DNA from: a virus
Lineage: Duplodnaviria > Caudoviricetes
Reading direction: 5' to 3' (one strand)
DNA length: 47,835 nucleotides
IMG/VR virus record: IMGVR_UViG_3300033485_000025
Location: 1 to 47,835 of that record
The position numbers and the translations under genes were made by a program. This document shows positions 8,170-15,995 of this stretch, one piece after another. The notes under the pieces were generated by a model. The model saw nothing but the letters and a program-made list of their open reading frames with translations, did not search any database and was not told the origin of the DNA. Numbering within the stretch: the stretch's first letter is position 1; the number at the start of each line of letters is the position of its first letter.

Positions 8170-8279
8170 ACCAAAACGCCAGATGAAATCAAAAACAAAT
8201 ATTTAAAATATTAGCACCGATTCTTATCGTTCCCACTACTGGCGTTTTGGTCGATTTGATGAGGTGCTAAACCTTTTTT
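8170..8279 (+). promoter_or_regulatory. Attenuator-like leader (7-aa uORF plus competing stems)
   Basis: A 13-bp perfect inverted repeat (8170-82/8239-51) crosses an 8-bp inverted repeat (8211-18/8263-70) that is followed by a T6 run. uORF MKSKTNI at 8183-8206. Confidence 0.55.
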
Positions 8280-8302
8280 ATTATCAACCAAAATATAAAT
8301 CA

Positions 8303-8467
8303 ATGAGCGCAGAAACAGAAATACAAAACTTAAGAGACAGAATTACAGAGGGGTTACCCGAATTTTCCAGCATGGTAGATCAGGAGAAATTCGAGTTGTT
8401 TATGGAAAACTATTCACGGTTCCCCCTTGAAAAATTTGAAGAATTTTTAAAACCATATAAACTATGA
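8303..8467 (+). CDS. Hypothetical protein
   Basis: Likely ATG at 8303 (MSAETEIQ) after an A-rich leader. Confidence 0.6.
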   Translation: MSAETEIQNLRDRITEGLPEFSSMVDQEKFELFMENYSRFPLEKFEEFLKPYKL

Positions 8468-8826
8468 AAACAACAAAAGAAGTCGGTTCCGACATTTTAA
8501 AAGCAAAGGATGAATTAAAATTCATTCGAGAACAAAAGGAGAGTAAAGGCGAAAAAGCTTTGTCTGCCAAAATAAAAACAATGCGTTTGGCTAAAAACTA
8601 TTTAGAGTTCAAACAGGCTACTATCGAGGCTGTGAAATCTCAAAAAGAAACCGTCACCAAACATTTAAAGATTAACAAGGATAGGTACAAAGAGTATCAA
8701 AATAAAAATCCTAAAATAAAAATTGATCGTGAAATGTTTTATAAAAATTGCGACATAGATAAGAAAGAAATTTCTAAATGGAATTCTGAATTGAAATTTT
8801 TAAATTATTTGCTTTCAAATGGATAG
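8464..8826 (+). CDS. Hypothetical coiled-coil protein
   Basis: 120-aa ORF coupled to its neighbours. Confidence 0.65.
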   Translation: MKTTKEVGSDILKAKDELKFIREQKESKGEKALSAKIKTMRLAKNYLEFKQATIEAVKSQKETVTKHLKINKDRYKEYQNKNPKIKIDREMFYKNCDIDKKEISKWNSELKFLNYLLSNG

Positions 8827-9211
8827 AATATATCATAGATATGAATTTTGGGAGGATCATAAAGCCGGGTTTTATGATAATATTTCCGGTAAAAACAAGG
8901 ACGAAATGATTAAAAAGGTTGTTGAAATGTTTTCGTCCGCAGAGTTGACCGAAAAATTTATGTTGTCTGTCATTGAGAACTGGACTTATTCGTGTGAACA
9001 TAATTTATCTAATCCGGCTTTAAATAAAATAGCGTACATAGGTCAATCTGCGTGTTGCTTATACGCAGGCGTTCCATCTACTATAACAATGTTTGCATGG
9101 TCGCTTGTTGAAGAAAAATACAGAAAGCAAGCGGACAAAATAGCGGAATCGGTTTTAAAAAAATGGGAGTTACAACAAGAAAATAAACAAGTATGCCTAA
9201 AATTAGATTAG
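8819..9211 (+). CDS. Conserved protein associated with IbrAB-like gene pairs
   Basis: RIYHRYEFWEDHKAGFY...WTYSCEHNL...NKIAYIGQSACC; overlaps the ibrA-like start. Confidence 0.7.
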   Translation: MDRIYHRYEFWEDHKAGFYDNISGKNKDEMIKKVVEMFSSAELTEKFMLSVIENWTYSCEHNLSNPALNKIAYIGQSACCLYAGVPSTITMFAWSLVEEKYRKQADKIAESVLKKWELQQENKQVCLKLD

Positions 9212-10407
9212 ATAAAAATGTTTACGAAGCAGCCAAAGAAAGGGTTTGCTTTACGTTTGATAACTTTGAAAAAATATATTTAAGTTTTTCGGGCGGAAAA
9301 GATTCTACCGTAATGCTACATATTGTTATGGATGAAGCTATGAAAAGAAACAGGAAAATAGCCGTAATGATTGTTGATTTGGAGGGTCAATACAAGTTTA
9401 CGATTGAGCACATGAATTCGTGTATTGAAATGTACAAGGACTATATTGACCTATATTGGGTGGCGCTACCTATTCATTTGCGAAATGCAGTTAGCGTTTT
9501 TGAGCCGTTTTGGTTGTGTTGGGATACTGATAAAAAAAATGATTGGATAAGGGAGCAACCAAAAAACTCCATCACAGACATAAATTATTTTCCGTTTTTT
9601 CGTGTAGGAATGGAATTTGAGGAGTTTGTGCCGGAGTTCGGCGAATGGTATTCAGAAGGCAAAACGACTGCTTGTTTAGTTGGAATAAGAGCCGACGAAA
9701 GCCTTAATCGTTATAGGACAATTGCGAGCAATAAAAAAATAACCTTTCAAGAAAAGCAATATACCACTTTGGTAACTGAAAATGTTTTTAATGTCTACCC
9801 AATTTACGACTGGACTACCGAGGATATTTGGATTTATCACGGTAAAATTAAAAATAAAAGACACAATCAGTTATATGATATAATGCACAAAGCTGGCTTG
9901 TCGATTCATTTACAAAGAATTTGCCAACCATACGGTGACGACCAAAGGAGGGGCTTGTGGCTATTCCATTTGATCGAGCCGGAAACATGGGCTAAAGTTG
10001 TTGCAAGGGTTAATGGGGCTAATTCAGGTGCGCTGTACGTACAAGACACCGGAAATATAAATGGTTACGGAAAAATTACAAAGCCTCAAAATCATACTTG
10101 GAAAACCTTTTCTGAATTAATACTAAACACCCTTCCGCAAAAAACAAGCGAACATTATAAAAATAAAATATACGTTTTTATTAAGTGGTGGGAAAAGAGA
10201 GGGTACGAAACTGGGATTCCTGACAACGCTCCGTCTATACTTGAAAGCAAGGGGCTTGTGCCGTCTTGGAAAAGAATATGTAAAAGCCTTTTAAGAAATG
10301 ATTACTGGTGCAAAGGGCTTCATTTTACGCAACAAAAAACAGCAGCGTATGAAAAGTATTTAAAACTAAAAAAACAACAAAGAGAAATAAATAATTTTTC
10401 ATTATGA
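9193..10407 (+). CDS. IbrA/YbdN-like PAPS reductase-family protein with DUF3440
   Basis: PP-loop SFSGGKDS, VGIRADESLNRY, YPIYDWTTEDIW, RICQPYGDDQRRGL, PSWKRICKSLLRNDYWCKGL. Confidence 0.9.
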   Translation: MPKIRLDKNVYEAAKERVCFTFDNFEKIYLSFSGGKDSTVMLHIVMDEAMKRNRKIAVMIVDLEGQYKFTIEHMNSCIEMYKDYIDLYWVALPIHLRNAVSVFEPFWLCWDTDKKNDWIREQPKNSITDINYFPFFRVGMEFEEFVPEFGEWYSEGKTTACLVGIRADESLNRYRTIASNKKITFQEKQYTTLVTENVFNVYPIYDWTTEDIWIYHGKIKNKRHNQLYDIMHKAGLSIHLQRICQPYGDDQRRGLWLFHLIEPETWAKVVARVNGANSGALYVQDTGNINGYGKITKPQNHTWKTFSELILNTLPQKTSEHYKNKIYVFIKWWEKRGYETGIPDNAPSILESKGLVPSWKRICKSLLRNDYWCKGLHFTQQKTAAYEKYLKLKKQQREINNFSL

Positions 10408-11090
10408 AAACTAAAATAGACTACGATTACATTTTAAAAAGGATGCAAGATTTCGCAAACGAGATTTCAGAATTCGATACACCGGAAAAGGTTGAGCTTA
10501 TAAACTCTGTTAAGTTAATGTTTCATGAAATAAGCCCTTTCAAATCGGAGCCAGTTGATTGTGTTTTATGGGTAAAAAATGAAACTGTCAAAGCAAATGA
10601 TTACAACCCCAATTCGGTTGCCCCTCCCGAAATGGAATTGCTTAGGCTCTCTATTTCTGCGGACGGATACACCCAGCCAATAGTTTCAATGTTAAATGAA
10701 GACATGGAAAGCAGAGAGGTTATTGACGGTTTTCACAGGAACAGGGTCGGAAAAGAGTGTGAAGAAATACAAAAACGTGTTCACGGGTATTTACCTGTGG
10801 TTACAATAAACACCGACAGAACACAAATAAATGACCGGGTTGCTTCCACAATAAGGCACAATAGAGCAAGGGGGAAACACAAGGTTGAAGCCATGAGCGA
10901 CATTGTTATGGACTTGAAAAAACGTAACTGGTCGGACGAAAAAATAGCAAAAAATTTAGGAATGGATGCGGACGAAATTCTTAGATTGTGCCAAATAGGT
11001 GGATTATCCGAACTGTTCGCAGACAAGGAATTTTCAACAGCTTGGGAAGCAGAAGTTTATTCAGGTGAAAATATTGAATCAAATGATTGA
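10404..11090 (+). CDS. IbrB/YbdM-like ParB/Srx-domain protein
   Basis: ANDYNPNSVAPPEMELLRLSI, DGYTQPIV, IDGFHR, ASTIRHNRARGKH. Confidence 0.92.
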   Translation: MKTKIDYDYILKRMQDFANEISEFDTPEKVELINSVKLMFHEISPFKSEPVDCVLWVKNETVKANDYNPNSVAPPEMELLRLSISADGYTQPIVSMLNEDMESREVIDGFHRNRVGKECEEIQKRVHGYLPVVTINTDRTQINDRVASTIRHNRARGKHKVEAMSDIVMDLKKRNWSDEKIAKNLGMDADEILRLCQIGGLSELFADKEFSTAWEAEVYSGENIESND

Positions 11091-11715
11091 TCTACCAATA
11101 AAAGATAAAAGAGGCAATAGCTACTTAAGCTACTCTGCTATATCTTTATTTTTAAGTGATAAACAGGCTTTTTACAGGTCTTATATCCTAAAAGAACCTT
11201 TTACGAATAAATACATCGAGTTTGGCAGCAAGGTTGGAAAGGCATTAGAAACGCTTGATTTTACCGGGTTTGAAAGCTCTGAAATAGAAACATTAAAAAA
11301 AGTTACAAGGCTCGATATTTTTGAAAGAAGAACAATTTTAAGGTACGAAGACTTTTATGTTATAGGATTTGTCGATACTTGCAAAAATGATTTATCTGAA
11401 ATTATTGATTACAAAACAGGCGGAAAGGATAAAGAGTTTCAGTATCAAAACAGCGACTACACTCAATTACATTATTACGCTTTATCTATTCGTCAGGAAA
11501 CCGGAATAACACCAAAATATGCAAGTGTTGAATTTATAAGAAGATTCGGAAACATGTATAAAAACATTCCACTGTCAGTAGCTAATGAGCCTCCAATAGT
11601 AATAGAAGTTGATATTTCAGAAATCAGATTAAAAAAAGTATATTGGGAAACCATAAAAATTGCAAAAGATATTGAAAAATATTATTTATATATGAAAAAC
11701 AATGGCAGAAGATAA
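11083..11715 (+). CDS. PD-(D/E)XK (Cas4/RecB-like) exonuclease
   Basis: YLSYSAISLF, GFVD, IIDYKTG, QLHYYAL. Likely ATG at 11083. Confidence 0.85.
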   Translation: MIDLPIKDKRGNSYLSYSAISLFLSDKQAFYRSYILKEPFTNKYIEFGSKVGKALETLDFTGFESSEIETLKKVTRLDIFERRTILRYEDFYVIGFVDTCKNDLSEIIDYKTGGKDKEFQYQNSDYTQLHYYALSIRQETGITPKYASVEFIRRFGNMYKNIPLSVANEPPIVIEVDISEIRLKKVYWETIKIAKDIEKYYLYMKNNGRR

Positions 11716-12442
11716 AAAAAAAGTAATTGTTTATGCTGACTGGATTTATAAATTTGAGGCTCTTGAAGATTCGGAGGCTGGCAGGTTGATAAAGCATTTT
11801 TTTAGATACATAAACGATTTAAGTCCAGAATACCCCGATAGGATAACTGAAATATCGTTTATTGATATTCAGAATACTTTAAAAAGAGATTTAAAGAAAT
11901 GGGAAGAAAAAAGCCCTGCGCGTATTGAAAAAGCAAGGATTGCAGGAATAGCAAGTTCAGAAGCACGCAAGTTGAAAAATGAACTAAACCTAACTACCAA
12001 GTTGAAAAGCGAACTAAAACAAACTAAATCAACTGTAAGTGTAAATGTAAGTGATAGTGTAAATGATAATGTAATTGTAAATGATATTCTTTTAAAAAAA
12101 GAAACAAAATTTAATTTTAAGAAAAATTTAATTGAATACGGATTTTCAGAAAATTTGGTTAATGATTGGTTGATCGTTCGGAAAAATAAAAAAGCATCAA
12201 ATACAGAAACAGCATTTAATAGTTTTATTGCGGAAATTATGAGTAGCAAAGATCCAACGGTAGACTTAAATTATATTTTAAAAATTTGTTGCGAAAAAAG
12301 CTGGAGCGGTTTTAAATGGAAATGGATTGATAATTTAGAAAAACAAAATAACAATGGAAAATCTACCGGAAAAACAGAACAAGTCTTCACAGGAGTTGGT
12401 AAAGTCGCAGAATATATTAAGCGAATTGAAGATCAACAATGA
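11702..12442 (+). CDS. Replication initiator (DUF6291-like N-terminus)
   Basis: KKKVIVYADW...LEDSEAGRLIKHFFRY, a VNVSDSVND linker and a C-terminal WLIVRKNKKA...KSWSGF domain. Confidence 0.8.
   Translation: MAEDKKKVIVYADWIYKFEALEDSEAGRLIKHFFRYINDLSPEYPDRITEISFIDIQNTLKRDLKKWEEKSPARIEKARIAGIASSEARKLKNELNLTTKLKSELKQTKSTVSVNVSDSVNDNVIVNDILLKKETKFNFKKNLIEYGFSENLVNDWLIVRKNKKASNTETAFNSFIAEIMSSKDPTVDLNYILKICCEKSWSGFKWKWIDNLEKQNNNGKSTGKTEQVFTGVGKVAEYIKRIEDQQ
11968..12085 (+). repeat. Iteron-like repeats inside the initiator gene (candidate origin)
   Basis: CAAGTTGAAAAnnGAACTAAA at 11968 and 11998 (30-bp period), further AACTA units and a degenerate GTAAAT/GATAAT hexamer run. Confidence 0.55.
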
Positions 12443-13181
12443 TGTTGAAAAGGAAATTGCCGCAGCTTGCTTAACACCTTCTATTTTTAATTTTCCTCCA
12501 AAGGGTGAAAATAGTTTTTTAAACAAAATGAATATTTTGATAGGCAGGACTGTTTTGAATTGTGGATTTAAGGATATTTCAGATCAAACAGGAGCAACAA
12601 TATTTGAGTTATGCGATGAGATTAAAAAAAGATTCAAAACAATAACCTTTGAACAAATTGAACTAGCCTTTAAAAACGGATGGCAAAAAGAGTACGGCGA
12701 TTTTATGGGTTTAAGCAACGCAACATATATCGGGTGGATAAAAGGGTTTTTAAATAGCGAAAGCACGTTAAAAGTTAAGAAAGCTATTCAGGAAGCTAAA
12801 AACAAACCTGCCACTAATCCCGAACCAACAAAGGAAGAACAGGAGTATATAGTTTTGCAAGGTGTTTTGTTAACGTTTGATACCCACAAAAACGGAGGAA
12901 CAATTTTAGATCCCGGTAATTATGTTTACAATTTTCTTGAAAAGAAGGGGTTTATCAATTTAACGATTGAACGCAAAAAAGAGATTTTGAATTCTGTTAT
13001 AGCAAAAATTAGATTAAAAACATTAGAAAATAAAAACAGAACGGAAACGATTGAGTCTGCATTAAAAAAAGCGCTTGATGAAAGCTTAGTAAAAGCAGAG
13101 TCAAGACGTGAAGCTCTAAGGGAATATTTTAACACCCTTATAGAAATGGAAGTAGATATAAGAGGTGTGTTGGAAAATTAA
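12354..13181 (+). CDS. Putative replication accessory protein (helicase-loader position)
   Basis: Follows the initiator; ITFEQIELAFKNG...YG motif. Confidence 0.55.
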   Translation: MENLPEKQNKSSQELVKSQNILSELKINNDVEKEIAAACLTPSIFNFPPKGENSFLNKMNILIGRTVLNCGFKDISDQTGATIFELCDEIKKRFKTITFEQIELAFKNGWQKEYGDFMGLSNATYIGWIKGFLNSESTLKVKKAIQEAKNKPATNPEPTKEEQEYIVLQGVLLTFDTHKNGGTILDPGNYVYNFLEKKGFINLTIERKKEILNSVIAKIRLKTLENKNRTETIESALKKALDESLVKAESRREALREYFNTLIEMEVDIRGVLEN

Positions 13182-13192
13182 CGGTTTGCGGC
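13179..13192. repeat. Truncated attC-like site A (left half only)
   Basis: TAAC-GGTTTG-CGGC resembles TAAC-GTTTTG-CAGC of site C. No right arm or GTTA is visible. Confidence 0.5.
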
Positions 13193-13225
13193 GATAGGAA
13201 TTATTAACTAAAAATAAATATAAAA

Positions 13226-13438
13226 ATGAAAAACTATCAAATTACAATCGGCTACAAAGCAGTAGTATGTGTTAATGTAAAGGCATCAGATGAAAAAGAG
13301 GCTAAAGACATTGCAGTAAAAAAGTTCGCTAAAAAGAAAGATAAAATTTACGGAAATGGAGTTGAATTACAAGACGATAATTTCAAAGCCGATGGAATTT
13401 TAGACATGGGCGCAACTTGGAATATGTATAATAAGTAA
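13226..13438 (+). CDS. Hypothetical cassette-borne protein
   Basis: 70-aa ORF (YQITI...VNVKASDEKEA) between sites A and B. Confidence 0.7.
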   Translation: MKNYQITIGYKAVVCVNVKASDEKEAKDIAVKKFAKKKDKIYGNGVELQDDNFKADGILDMGATWNMYNK

Positions 13439-13461
13439 CCTGTGCGGTTGGGTGCTATTGA

Positions 13462-13585
13462 GCCTAACGGCCGGTGCTTGGTGCAGTTGCCGAAACGAAA
13501 AGTTGAACTGAAAAACTAAACTAATTATGAAAGATAAAATTTCTACTGAAAACGATACGGCAATTGCTCCAAACACTTGTTATGA
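13462..13585. repeat. attC-like site B
   Basis: GCCTAAC, 5 nt, arm GTGCTTGGTGCAGTTGCCG (13474-92), loop, arm CGGCAATTGCTCCAAACAC (13558-76), 2 nt, GTTATGA. Confidence 0.78.
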
Positions 13586-14111
13586 GAAGCCTATTTTTTC
13601 TCGTGTATGGGAAATGCCAAATAAAAACACATTTGATATTAAATGTATCAACAAGTTAATTCATAAATACCATAATGAAAACGTATTAAGTATTGACCCT
13701 TTTTCAAATAAAAACAGAATTGCAAAAGTAACAAATGACCTTGACCCCGAAATGGAAGCGGATTTTTGTTTAGATGCAATTGATTTTTTAAAAACATTTG
13801 AAGATGAAAGTGTAGATATTGTTTATTACGACCCACCATATTCTCCAAGACAGGTAAGTGAATGTTATAAAAAACTTGGTAAAACAGTAAATATGCAAAC
13901 TACACAATCAAGTTTCTGGGGAAATATGAAAAAGGAAATTGCAAGGATTACAAAGCCAAATTCAATTGTAATTACTTTCGGATGGAACACAAACGGAATT
14001 GGAAAAACAAAAGGATTTGAAATTATAGAAATATTACTCGTAGCACACGGAGGAAGTCATAATGATACAATATGTGTTGTTGAACGCAAACTTTATACGC
14101 TGTTTGGGTAG
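13527..14111 (+). CDS. Putative amino (N6-adenine/N4-cytosine) DNA methyltransferase
   Basis: SIDPF SAM-binding motif and DPPYS catalytic motif; RVWEMPNKNTF N-terminus and HGGSHNDTI C-terminus typical of a small phage methyltransferase family. Confidence 0.82.
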   Translation: MKDKISTENDTAIAPNTCYEKPIFSRVWEMPNKNTFDIKCINKLIHKYHNENVLSIDPFSNKNRIAKVTNDLDPEMEADFCLDAIDFLKTFEDESVDIVYYDPPYSPRQVSECYKKLGKTVNMQTTQSSFWGNMKKEIARITKPNSIVITFGWNTNGIGKTKGFEIIEILLVAHGGSHNDTICVVERKLYTLFG

Positions 14112-14116
14112 GTTTC

Positions 14117-14176
14117 TCATAACGTTTTGCAGCTTGCAGCCGTTTTCTTCAAATGGCTTGCAAGGTGCTGTTATAA
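14117..14176. repeat. attC-like site C
   Basis: TCATAAC, 5 nt, GCAGCTTGCAGCCGTTT, loop TCTTC, AAATGGCTTGCAAGGTGC, 1 nt, GTTATAA. Confidence 0.8.
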
Positions 14177-14218
14177 GCTGGCACGGTAAATTAAACGATA
14201 AACCTAAATAAAACGAAA

Positions 14219-14491
14219 ATGCAAACACACAAATTAAAAACTATCAATCCATATTTTACAGCTGTATGGAGAGGCTTCAAGAAATTTGAGGTAAGGAAAA
14301 ATGACCGTGATTTTAAAGAGGGCGATAAGGTTCATTTATTAGAATATGAAGCCGAAAACGATAATTATACAGGGAGGGAAATACGAGGTGAAATTACTTA
14401 TGTGCTGAAAGATTATGAAGCCGTAAAAGATGGATACGTTGTGTTTGCATTCACTAAGAATACTCACATTGCTAACGGAGAGGTACAGTAG
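14219..14491 (+). CDS. DUF3850 / ASCH-PUA domain protein
   Basis: THKLKTINPYF...KKFEVRKNDRDFKEGD...YTGR...ITYVL...GYVV. Confidence 0.9.
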   Translation: MQTHKLKTINPYFTAVWRGFKKFEVRKNDRDFKEGDKVHLLEYEAENDNYTGREIRGEITYVLKDYEAVKDGYVVFAFTKNTHIANGEVQ

Positions 14492-14498
14492 TGCTTGC

Positions 14499-14517
14499 TT
14501 ATAACTACATGATAAGT
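14499..14517. repeat. attI-like simple site D
   Basis: TTATAAC-TACAT-GATAAGT: two inverted 7-mers separated by 5 bp. GATAAGT matches GTTRRRY at 6/7 positions. No long hairpin. Confidence 0.55.
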
Positions 14518-14531
14518 ACTATAAAAATATA

Positions 14532-14771
14532 ATGGAAACAGAATCAGCATATTATAAATTCTTAAAGAGTAATTATTTCCCCATTTTAGAAGAAATAAAA
14601 AGTAAAATTGAAGTCAATGGTAAAGATTTTACCCAACAACAATTTGCTGAAATATTCAAAGTTGATCGGAAAACATTTGAGAATTTTTATAATGGAAAGT
14701 TGATCCGATTTGATTTATTAATAGAACTAGGAAAAATGTACGAATTTGAATTTAACTTTTATATAACTTAA
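14532..14771 (+). CDS. XRE/Cro-like HTH protein
   Basis: FTQQQFAEIFKVDRKTFENFYNGK. Confidence 0.75.
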   Translation: METESAYYKFLKSNYFPILEEIKSKIEVNGKDFTQQQFAEIFKVDRKTFENFYNGKLIRFDLLIELGKMYEFEFNFYIT

Positions 14772-14774
14772 CCC

Positions 14775-15359
14775 ATGACACTACACAACTGCACACTAAG
14801 AGTAATAGAAGGAAAGTATTTTATTGATTGCTATCCAGAGGGAAAACCTGAATTAAAAAATGTTTATCAACAAAGTATGATAGGGATGAAGTTATATTTT
14901 AAAGGAAAAAAGGAAAAATGGATTGACTCCAAACAAACCATTACTGTCCATCCTGATAGCGTGGAAGCGTTTAAGAAACTAGCGTATCAAGTTTTTTATA
15001 TTGATCTGAAAAATAATTATGGATTTGATAATTTTATAAAACAAGGCATTTCAATCCCCGGTGAGAATGTTGAAGTAGATTATTTTCCTAACAAAAGCTA
15101 TCCTATAAGAGGGCAAGACCATACATTGTACGCCTTCTTTTCTCCTGCTAAAGTAGAGAAGTATGAACATCGAAATTGTAGAGAATTACCTGAAAGTCAA
15201 TGTCAATCTTCCAATTCTAAAATAGAATTAGAATCTGCACAGACTAATCAGGAAGAGTTGTGGGATAATATAGTTTATGAAGACATTCATGATATGAAAG
15301 ACAAATACCAATTAATTGATTGGCTAAAGAAAAATTATAATTCACCAACTAAACTATAA
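14775..15359 (+). CDS. Hypothetical protein
   Basis: 194-aa ORF. Confidence 0.65.
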   Translation: MTLHNCTLRVIEGKYFIDCYPEGKPELKNVYQQSMIGMKLYFKGKKEKWIDSKQTITVHPDSVEAFKKLAYQVFYIDLKNNYGFDNFIKQGISIPGENVEVDYFPNKSYPIRGQDHTLYAFFSPAKVEKYEHRNCRELPESQCQSSNSKIELESAQTNQEELWDNIVYEDIHDMKDKYQLIDWLKKNYNSPTKL

Positions 15360-15362
15360 CCC

Positions 15363-15707
15363 ATGACACACACTATCTACATAAAAACAGAACTTACTCC
15401 TGAGGTTATCGAAAGTTTACAGGAGGGAATAAAGTATTTTGTAATCATAAATAGTACGGATAAGGAATTTGCTTTTAAATCTTGGATAAAAGATAACTCC
15501 AGCATTTACACCCATATTCTTTTACCAAAAGAGATAACAGAGCAGGAGATTGAATCGGAAGGGTTAAAATATTATCCTGTGGATATAATGCCAAAGGATG
15601 CAGGTGGAGCAATGGTTGACGTAAATCAAAATGAACGTGAACTATTTATTGAAGGTTATCGGGCTGCTTTATCTATGCCTATTAATAAAGGAGGGACAAA
15701 TGAATAA
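15363..15707 (+). CDS. Hypothetical protein
   Basis: 114-aa ORF with a C-terminal RELFIEGY motif. Confidence 0.65.
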   Translation: MTHTIYIKTELTPEVIESLQEGIKYFVIINSTDKEFAFKSWIKDNSSIYTHILLPKEITEQEIESEGLKYYPVDIMPKDAGGAMVDVNQNERELFIEGYRAALSMPINKGGTNE

Positions 15708-15819
15708 AGAAGAAAAACGTCAGGCAACAATTGCTTTTGTAAAATTGTTTAAAAATCCGATTTATAATTTTGGAGGAATAATAATTTGGGTAATCATACT
15801 ATATTTAATTTTCAACTAA
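15700..15819 (+). CDS. Small membrane protein
   Basis: Likely start MNKEEKRQ; C-terminal TM helix. Confidence 0.5.
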   Translation: MNKEEKRQATIAFVKLFKNPIYNFGGIIIWVIILYLIFN

Positions 15820-15833
15820 CACCCCTACACCTA

Positions 15834-15992
15834 ATGAAAACAGATTTAAAGAATATATATATTGAACCCTTTTCAGGCGACTGGATTGATAAAGTGTATT
15901 GTGTAATGATTTGGATTTGGACCTTAATAGTTGTTGCCGAAATAAGTGTTATTATTTTTGTTGTAATAAAATTGCTCACACTTATATTTTAA
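15834..15992 (+). CDS. Small membrane protein
   Basis: Likely start MKTDLKN; long hydrophobic C-terminus. Confidence 0.5.
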   Translation: MKTDLKNIYIEPFSGDWIDKVYCVMIWIWTLIVVAEISVIIFVVIKLLTLIF

Positions 15993-15995
15993 CCC

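Larger units (their letters stand above)
13179..14517. mobile_element. Integron-like gene-cassette array (3 cassettes), no integrase in the genome
   Basis: TAAC...GTTA hairpin sites between genes, cassette ends that are inverted repeats of one another, and a terminal attI-like simple site. Confidence 0.75.

Noticed and set aside
11083-11715. Cas4 as evidence of a CRISPR-Cas system
   Set aside because: No Fe-S cysteine cluster, no other cas genes and no array; an ordinary phage PD-(D/E)XK nuclease.
14470-14482. Additional attC start (TGCTAACGG)
   Set aside because: It lies inside the DUF3850 coding sequence, with no hairpin or matching GTTAGC partner.
14532-14771. CI repressor / lysogeny module
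   Set aside because: Short HTH without a peptidase domain, co-directional within the middle operon, and no integrase or divergent switch. A temperate lifestyle is unsupported.
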